Assembly (NCBI GenBank): GCA_024998755.1
Contig: JACEUU010000002.1
Span: 76,783-140,782 of the forward strand
DNA length: 64,000 nucleotides
Origin: Vampirovibrio sp.
Lineage (GTDB): Bacteria; Cyanobacteriota; Vampirovibrionia; Vampirovibrionales; JAJTHC01
Direction of reading: 5' to 3'
Positions within the stretch are counted from its first letter, which is position 1. Each line of letters starts with the position of its first letter. Positions 58,295 through 64,000 of this stretch are shown here, piece by piece. The position numbers and the translations under genes were made by a program. The notes under the pieces were generated by a model. It saw nothing but the letters and a program-made list of their open reading frames with translations. It made no database searches and was not told the origin of the DNA.

Positions 58295-59008
58295 ATGGCA
58301 ACACTTTGGCAAAAAACAAAAGGGGTTACGTTAGACACCTTGGGCAATACGCTCATTCCTGCTTTTTTGAATTGGGTTAAAGGTATCTGGGAAAATCATC
58401 CGGTTGAAATTCACCCTGAAACGCAGGCGTTGATTGATGCAGGGAAACCGTTGGTTTTTATGGTTTGGCATGATGAAATGTACACGTTGTTACACAAATT
58501 TTGGCAAACTGCGTTACCTAGCATTCCGCATATTTTGATTTCTCAAAGCCGAGATGGTGATTTTATGACGGCAGCGGCTAGCAAAATTGGGTTTCCACAT
58601 ACCATTCGGGGTGCACACGGGCGGGGTGGGGCAAAAGCCGCCATGGCGATTTTGACGCATTTACGCACGCCTAATCAATCGTTACTTTGTTTGGTAGATG
58701 GGCCTCGGGGGCCGAGGCATGAGGTGAAGGAAGGTATTGTTCAGCTGGCACAAAAAACGAACGCTCCGCTGATTCCTGTAACCGGTTGGGTTTCGATATT
58801 GGCTTTTTGTCTGAATCGGTCTTGGGATAAATTCCAAATTCCATGGGTTTTTTGCCGATTTAAGTTGTGCTTAGGACAACCCATCTACGCCACAAAAACC
58901 GAGGAACAATCTGTAGAACAATCAACGCAATTGGTTACTTCAGCGTTTGTTAGCTTTTGTGAGGGTGTGCAAACTACTAACCCGAAAACGCGTCGAATTA
59001 TTCGCTAG
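58295..59008 (+). CDS. DUF374-type lysophospholipid acyltransferase-like protein.
   Basis: The HDE/MVWHDEMY-like region is typical of DUF374 proteins found near Kdo-transferase loci. Confidence 0.45.
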   Translation: MATLWQKTKGVTLDTLGNTLIPAFLNWVKGIWENHPVEIHPETQALIDAGKPLVFMVWHDEMYTLLHKFWQTALPSIPHILISQSRDGDFMTAAASKIGFPHTIRGAHGRGGAKAAMAILTHLRTPNQSLLCLVDGPRGPRHEVKEGIVQLAQKTNAPLIPVTGWVSILAFCLNRSWDKFQIPWVFCRFKLCLGQPIYATKTEEQSVEQSTQLVTSAFVSFCEGVQTTNPKTRRIIR

Positions 59009-59766
59009 ACAGCTTTTTCAGGTCTTAACATTAAAAACGACCCTTGGCGTTGCCAATCGCCCGCCCGAAATGACCAAAACCACTCCGGATTCGTATCCGT
59101 AGCAAACGGTAGTATTTCAACATTTTCAACGCCAATAGCACCCAGTTGTAAAGCGTTAACCATTGGCACACTCGCGTGCCATTTATTGGTTTCTTCATTA
59201 ATTCTTGCCCAAAATAATTGATCCGTTTTTTCAGGTAACGTAGACATTAACTGTTCTATTACTTCTTCACCTACTTCAAATCCATCAAAGCTTAAGGCAG
59301 GCCCTATAACGGCAATCAGTTCCGTTACATCTGCCCCTTGAGCAACCAGATGCTTCGCCCCTTTTGCAGCTAAACTTTGTGCCGTGCTTTTCCACCCACA
59401 ATGCAACACCATACCTTGATGAATATCCGGAGCGTAAAGCATAACGGGCGTACAATCTGCACTGAAAACAACCGCTGGTAGTTGAGGTTGGTCTAACCAA
59501 ATACCATCTGCTTCAGCGTGAACCGTTTTTGATGCTTGGAACCATTGGTCTCCGTGTACTTGGGTAGGGTAACGCAAGGTAGAAATATCGGCTGGAATGC
59601 CTAAATTCCCTAACCAATAAGCTCTGTTTTCGATGAGTTCATCTGCACTTAATTCAATACCTGCAACGGGGGTAGGTTTAACTGAAAAGCCATAAGCCAG
59701 TTTGTCGGCATAAGCATCAAACAATTTTGATCTGAGTAGTTCTGCATAATTGTATTCCATTAACAA
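59005..59766 (-). CDS. pgeF: Peptidoglycan editing factor / purine nucleoside phosphorylase YfiH (PgeF; laccase-domain, DUF152).
   Basis: ADCTPV ... HCGWKS motifs corresponding to the YfiH Cys/His triad. Confidence 0.6.
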   Translation of the reverse strand: MLMEYNYAELLRSKLFDAYADKLAYGFSVKPTPVAGIELSADELIENRAYWLGNLGIPADISTLRYPTQVHGDQWFQASKTVHAEADGIWLDQPQLPAVVFSADCTPVMLYAPDIHQGMVLHCGWKSTAQSLAAKGAKHLVAQGADVTELIAVIGPALSFDGFEVGEEVIEQLMSTLPEKTDQLFWARINEETNKWHASVPMVNALQLGAIGVENVEILPFATDTNPEWFWSFRAGDWQRQGSFLMLRPEKAV

Positions 59767-60449
59767 ACATCCTTAATCATGGTTTTTTTGATGGTAATAT
59801 TGGGGCTTTGCAAATATAAAGGGGCTAACTGTTGCCATGTAATAGGGGCATTTTCAGCCAAGCTGATAGCCTCTAACGCTAGTGGTGATAATGCTTCAAC
59901 GGTAGCATAAGAAAATCCCAGTTTGTCGACATGGGTACTCAACGTATCATTCAAGATAAATTGTTCTTTTTTCTGAATATTAACCCAGTCATCCATCAGT
60001 ATAAACTGAGGTTTTTCCCACCCAGCTTGGGGCAACCAAGTGGCGGTGTAAAGCCTGCCCTGTTTAGCATCCAACACTACTGTAAGGCTTGTTTTTTCTT
60101 CAAGGCAACCCGCTAGTTTAGCTTGAAGCCGAAGTCGTTCAAAAACGGTGATAGGGGTAATTACCAGCGAAGGTATCCATTGCCCGAGTGTTTTAACCGT
60201 CGCCAACCCAGCCCGAAGCCCCGTAAAACTGCCAGGCCCTACACAGACGGTTAATTGGGTTACTTCCGTTAGGGCAACTTTAGCCACGGTGCAGGCTTCT
60301 TGAAACAAAGGCACTAGCAACGAAGAATGAGACCGTTGGCTACTAAGCGGGGTTTCATACCGAAAAAGCCACTGGTTGGTTGTCTTGTTTTTTAGCCCAA
60401 ACAATAATTCGAAGCCGGTGGTATCAATCACCCATTGATAGGCATTCAT
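59760..60449 (-). CDS. tsaB: tRNA t6A37 biosynthesis protein TsaB (YeaZ).
   Basis: GPGSFTGLRAG motif and inactive Kae1-like fold. Confidence 0.7.
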   Translation of the reverse strand: MNAYQWVIDTTGFELLFGLKNKTTNQWLFRYETPLSSQRSHSSLLVPLFQEACTVAKVALTEVTQLTVCVGPGSFTGLRAGLATVKTLGQWIPSLVITPITVFERLRLQAKLAGCLEEKTSLTVVLDAKQGRLYTATWLPQAGWEKPQFILMDDWVNIQKKEQFILNDTLSTHVDKLGFSYATVEALSPLALEAISLAENAPITWQQLAPLYLQSPNITIKKTMIKDVC

Positions 60450-60952
60450 AATGCCAACCTCTGATGGCTGAACCAGTCATATTCCCGACTTTCTTCAGTC
60501 GATTCCTTTATTTGCAGATGATGCGAAATTAAAGGCTGAAAGGCTTCTGCAACCACACTTGCCCATTCGGCTAAAATGAGTGTGGGCACTTGGGCTTGTA
60601 ATTCTAGCAATTCTTCTACTAGCCAATTATTACCACCACTGGTTGTTTCTTTTTCACTGAGCCGATAAAAATCGACGTGTAAAACCTGCGTAATACCTGT
60701 TGGGTTAGCTGGTAGCGTATATTGGTTGAAATACACGTAAGTAGGGCTGGTCATTCGGGTTTGAATGCCTAGAGCTTGCCCAATAGTACGAATGAGCGTG
60801 GTTTTCCCTGCCCCTAGCCCACCTTCAATACTGATGATGCTGTTGGGTTGTGCTACTTGAACTAACGCCTCGGCTAAAGAAGGTAGCTGGCTTTCTGTTA
60901 GTGTGAAAGTTTGTTGGCTGGGTAGCTTGGATTCAAGAAAGGGGCTTAACAT
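60446..60952 (-). CDS. tsaE: tRNA t6A37 biosynthesis ATPase TsaE (YjeE).
   Basis: P-loop GGLGAGKTT and a size of ~168 aa. Confidence 0.7.
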   Translation of the reverse strand: MLSPFLESKLPSQQTFTLTESQLPSLAEALVQVAQPNSIISIEGGLGAGKTTLIRTIGQALGIQTRMTSPTYVYFNQYTLPANPTGITQVLHVDFYRLSEKETTSGGNNWLVEELLELQAQVPTLILAEWASVVAEAFQPLISHHLQIKESTEESREYDWFSHQRLAL

Positions 60953-61169
60953 GGCAGATTGTTTCTAGTGGGGCTTCATACCTACCCAGTTTACCCTAAA
61001 CCAATAGGATGTTCAATGTTGAACCGTAGTACTTAAGTGTTTAGAAATATGTGCCAATTGTAGTTCTACAAGTGGTGTAAAAGCACCTATAACTTTTGGG
61101 TAAGTAGAGTCATTGTAGTTTTGCATTGCAACTCTTAACCCTGTAGCTTTAGAGCCTAATTTTTCTATT

Positions 61170-61313
61170 AGACCTCTTGCATGACTCGATATCTGGGGCA
61201 TCTTCGTTGTCATTTACGGTACTCGAATTCTTATGTACTTCCGTGTACACCTCAAATTCTGCGTTCCTCATTCCTAGAATCTGCACCCACCTATTGAGTC
61301 ATGCAAGAGGTCT
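61170..61313. repeat. MITE-like element (family 3), an inverted copy of 47481-47668.
   Basis: TIR agacctcttgcatgact / agtcatgcaagaggtct. Its interior matches the reverse complement of 47600-47660. Confidence 0.5.
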
Positions 61314-61651
61314 ATTGTTAAACAAAACGGAGAAATATTAACACCAGAAATAGCCAATGCTTCTTCAGGGCCTTTCAACAGTTTGTTCAAACAGTCTGGG
61401 CTTGAAAGACTCAACTTTTTTGCTGCGTTATTTAATACTTCAATATCAGTAGAATTAACGAGCCATGCCACCATTTCTTAGGTTATGAAAGGTTTGAGGA
61501 AAGGGGTCTTCTTTTTTATTGTTGACTTAAACGAGGGTGGAACACTAACAGAAGGGCGAATAGAACATAATATAACCCTAATATAAAAGTGAATTTTTAA
61601 CGTTTGTTGTTTGAATTTAGCTTAAACATCCCCACATAACCATGGTATTTA

Positions 61652-62521
61652 TTAAACTGCAACAGACCCCACCACAATGCCAAGCGGATGCAACTGCACA
61701 CATAAAAACGATTGAAACCCTGCTTCAATAGCTGGTGTTAGTGCCATGCCATAAGCTGAACACGCTTCTTCCAACAAGACACGATAAGACTTTTTTTCAC
61801 CATGCGACTGTAACGCCAAACTTAAAAATTGCTGCACCACCCCTGAAACTTTGAAAAATCGGCAAGAAAAATCTGAATCTCTGTAAACCCATAGAATTAA
61901 AGGGTCTGCAGCGGCTGCCCATTGTGTTGGCAAATCCGTTTCAGCTTCTTTACACTGCTTTAGTTGCTCCACTATTAAATCAACCGCATAAAAACTAGAA
62001 AAGCTAGAAGAAGCTGGGTTTAAAACAGGACTTGCCGTCTCTAAATCATCTGTTAAACAAGGATTCTTTAAAATTTGAGCTTCGGCTTTCGAAATGGAGG
62101 TGGTGTCTTTTAGCAGCTGGGCTTCCAATTGTTCATAGGTTGCTAAATCTTCCAAAAAAGGAAAGGCTTCAGTCAAAGCTTCCTGTTCCGATAAAAAAGA
62201 AGGGAACGCCTTTACCACATCAAACAACTGATAAGATTGCGGCGGATGTGCCTGCAAATAAGCTGAAACCAACCCATCCCATCGGTCAGAAACGAATTGA
62301 TAAGTGTAGGGGTAAATGGCTTCTAGGGCTTCTTGATGGTTGGCGAAAACCATCCACTGGTATTGTTTTAATCGGTCTTCTTCTAGTTGAAAAAAGGCTT
62401 CAACTAACGGCGTTTTAGGCTGGTTCTTTAGGGCTTCAAACGAAGAAATTTCATGCGAAAAAGGCTGAAAGGTAATTTCTACAAATAGGGCTTGAAAGTC
62501 TTTTAGTGAAGGTGTATTCAT
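61652..62521 (-). CDS. DUF2063-family protein (MbnC / BufC / TglI-like partner of DUF692 enzymes).
   Basis: N-terminal region YQWMVFANHQEALEAIYPYTYQFVSDRWDGLVSAYLQAHPPQSYQL matches the DUF2063 signature (xVYRNNxxxSLxxALxxxYPxTxxLxGxxxFxxLAxAYxxAHP). Confidence 0.65.
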   Translation of the reverse strand: MNTPSLKDFQALFVEITFQPFSHEISSFEALKNQPKTPLVEAFFQLEEDRLKQYQWMVFANHQEALEAIYPYTYQFVSDRWDGLVSAYLQAHPPQSYQLFDVVKAFPSFLSEQEALTEAFPFLEDLATYEQLEAQLLKDTTSISKAEAQILKNPCLTDDLETASPVLNPASSSFSSFYAVDLIVEQLKQCKEAETDLPTQWAAAADPLILWVYRDSDFSCRFFKVSGVVQQFLSLALQSHGEKKSYRVLLEEACSAYGMALTPAIEAGFQSFLCVQLHPLGIVVGSVAV

Positions 62522-63405
62522 GACTTACCTCCAACTTTGCTTTTAACTGAAGCTAAAGCCACTGTTTTAACCTGTTGTAACTCCGTCATTAATGTTTTAA
62601 ACGGGGGAATGTTTGTATCTCGTTCTAATAAAACGCCTTTTAAATTAGGGCACTGCGGATAAATAGCCCCTAGTAAGGCAAAAACCTCATCGCAAATGGG
62701 TTCGCCGTGGGTGTCAATTAAAAACGATTCGGTGGCTAAATGCCCTGCAATATGAATTTCCACGACACGTTCTAGGGGTAAGCCAGCAACAAAATCTTCG
62801 ACATTTTCCTGATGATTTTGGCAGTTCACGAAAATATTATTCACATCAAGCAGAATGCCACAATCGGCGGTTTCAACAATGGTTCGCATAAAATCCGCTT
62901 CGGTATACTGGTTGATACTGGGAAAACGGGCGTAGGTTGAGGCATTTTCAATTAAAAACGGACGCTGAAATTTATCTTGTAAAACTTTGATTTTATCTGC
63001 ACAAACTTGAACGGCTTCACGGGTGAAGGGTAGGGGGATTAAATCATTTAAATACCGCCCATTAACCGAGCTAAAACTGAGGTGGTCGCTAAACCACAGT
63101 GGATTGATTGTTTCAAATAATGCGGTTAATTCAGCTAAATAAGTAGGGTTAATAGGGTCTACACTACCAAGAGAAAGACCGACACCATGCGAAGTAATGG
63201 GGTAGCCTTTGGCAATAAGGGCTTCTAGGTTTTTGGCGGTTTGCCCGCCTTTACCCATAAAATTTTCTGGGATGAGTTCAATCCATTCCAGCAAGGTAGG
63301 TGGTTGGGCGGGGGGTAGAATATCGTCATAATACTCATTTTGCATGCCAATACCAAACCCGATATTGGGGATATTTTTAATAGATTTAAAGAAGGGTGTA
63401 GACAT
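62518..63405 (-). CDS. DUF692-family TIM-barrel di-iron enzyme (MbnB / BufB / TglH-like RiPP maturase).
   Basis: WIELIPENFMGKGG...HGVGLSLGS.DP...WFSDHLSF......IPLPFTREAV...LIENASTY are all hallmark DUF692 blocks. It overlaps the DUF2063 gene by 4 nt (ATGA). Confidence 0.7.
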   Translation of the reverse strand: MSTPFFKSIKNIPNIGFGIGMQNEYYDDILPPAQPPTLLEWIELIPENFMGKGGQTAKNLEALIAKGYPITSHGVGLSLGSVDPINPTYLAELTALFETINPLWFSDHLSFSSVNGRYLNDLIPLPFTREAVQVCADKIKVLQDKFQRPFLIENASTYARFPSINQYTEADFMRTIVETADCGILLDVNNIFVNCQNHQENVEDFVAGLPLERVVEIHIAGHLATESFLIDTHGEPICDEVFALLGAIYPQCPNLKGVLLERDTNIPPFKTLMTELQQVKTVALASVKSKVGGKS

Positions 63406-63445
63406 AAGTTTTTAGTGGCTTCAACTATTTAGGGAGTTTTATATT

Positions 63446-64000
63446 TGAAGTTACGGAAAAAGGGCAAGGTAAAATAGAAGGGACATTATTCCACCTCTCA
63501 TAGGATACCCCACCCCCATGACTACCTTTGCCGACATCCAAATTCAACAAGCCACCCCCACTCACAAATTCCTAGAGGAAATGAACCAAACCCTACCATG
63601 GCAACTATTTGAAACCATCCTCAAAACACACATCCACCACAAACCCAACGGCAGACCACCCTACAAACGCCTACTACTGCTCAAAATGAACCTCCTCAAA
63701 ATATGGTTCAATCTCTCCTATGAACAAACCGAATTTCAATGCCACGACAGACTCTCCTTCCGAAAGTTTCTCGGCTTCTCCTTAGAATCCCCCATCCCTG
63801 AAGCCACGACACTCGAAAACTTCCAACACGAACTGCAAAACACCCCAGCCCAAGAAGCCCTTTTCTTAGCCTTAGACACCTTCTTCCAAGAGAACAACCT
63901 CATTCTTAAAGAAGGCAACTTGGTAGATGCCACCTTTATTAAAGCCAATAGCAAACAGAGAAAAAAGCCTGAAGACCAGAGCGACCCTGATGCCACTTAT
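63446..64000 (+). mobile_element. IS5-family insertion sequence, copy 3, truncated by the window end. Its left end lies 41 bp upstream of the DUF692 gene start.
   Basis: Nt 63446-64000 are identical to 17315-17869. Confidence 0.8.
63518..64000 (+). CDS. IS5-family DDE transposase (copy 3, 3'-partial).
   Basis: Identical N-terminal 161 aa. Confidence 0.75.
   Translation, partial: MTTFADIQIQQATPTHKFLEEMNQTLPWQLFETILKTHIHHKPNGRPPYKRLLLLKMNLLKIWFNLSYEQTEFQCHDRLSFRKFLGFSLESPIPEATTLENFQHELQNTPAQEALFLALDTFFQENNLILKEGNLVDATFIKANSKQRKKPEDQSDPDATY

Noticed and set aside
61013-61474. Two 66-aa minus-strand ORFs between tsaE and the DUF2063 gene, considered as possible RiPP precursors
   Set aside because: They overlap the family-3 MITE. 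They have no signal peptide and no Cys-rich core, and the same sequences occur non-coding at 47481-47668.

Overview
This 64-kb bacterial chromosomal window is gene-dense, moderately AT-rich, and heavily punctuated by mobile DNA. Its coding content and its eukaryote-like IMPDH fit a host-associated or amoeba-associated Gram-negative bacterium, but no lineage is assigned.

Recognisable housekeeping genes include guaB, lpxD-lpxC, a purC-purS fusion, purQ, proS, dnaJ, grpE, purA, kdsC, rpe, tsaE-tsaB-pgeF, rarA, uppP, slt and one flagellin. There is one tRNA-His(GTG).

Mobile and repeated DNA comprises three identical IS5-family IS copies and at least four MITE or palindromic repeat families. The IS copies are ~1.16 kb with a 321-aa DDE transposase: two inverted copies bracket a 1.5-kb cargo, and a third is truncated by the window end.

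The most interesting items are:
- an orphan DUF692/DUF2063 (MbnB/MbnC, BufB/BufC-like) RiPP-maturase pair at 61652-63405, with an IS copy 41 bp upstream where a precursor gene would be expected;
- a candidate displaced precursor inside the IS-bracketed cargo at 19389-19631: a Sec signal peptide followed, after an in-frame TAA, by a Cys/Lys-rich core (KKCGSGSCGG...KKCAAKKCAAKKCG) and a terminator;
- a eukaryote-type IMPDH;
- a PurC-PurS fusion;
- an RSH (RelA/SpoT-like) nucleotidyltransferase of unknown role;
- two gene pairs that look like effector or polymorphic-protein families;
- an in-frame-stop Crp/Fnr pseudogene;
- recurrent ATGATGATG(ATG) poly-Met start codons across many genes.

All calls rest on by-eye motif recognition; no database searches were run.
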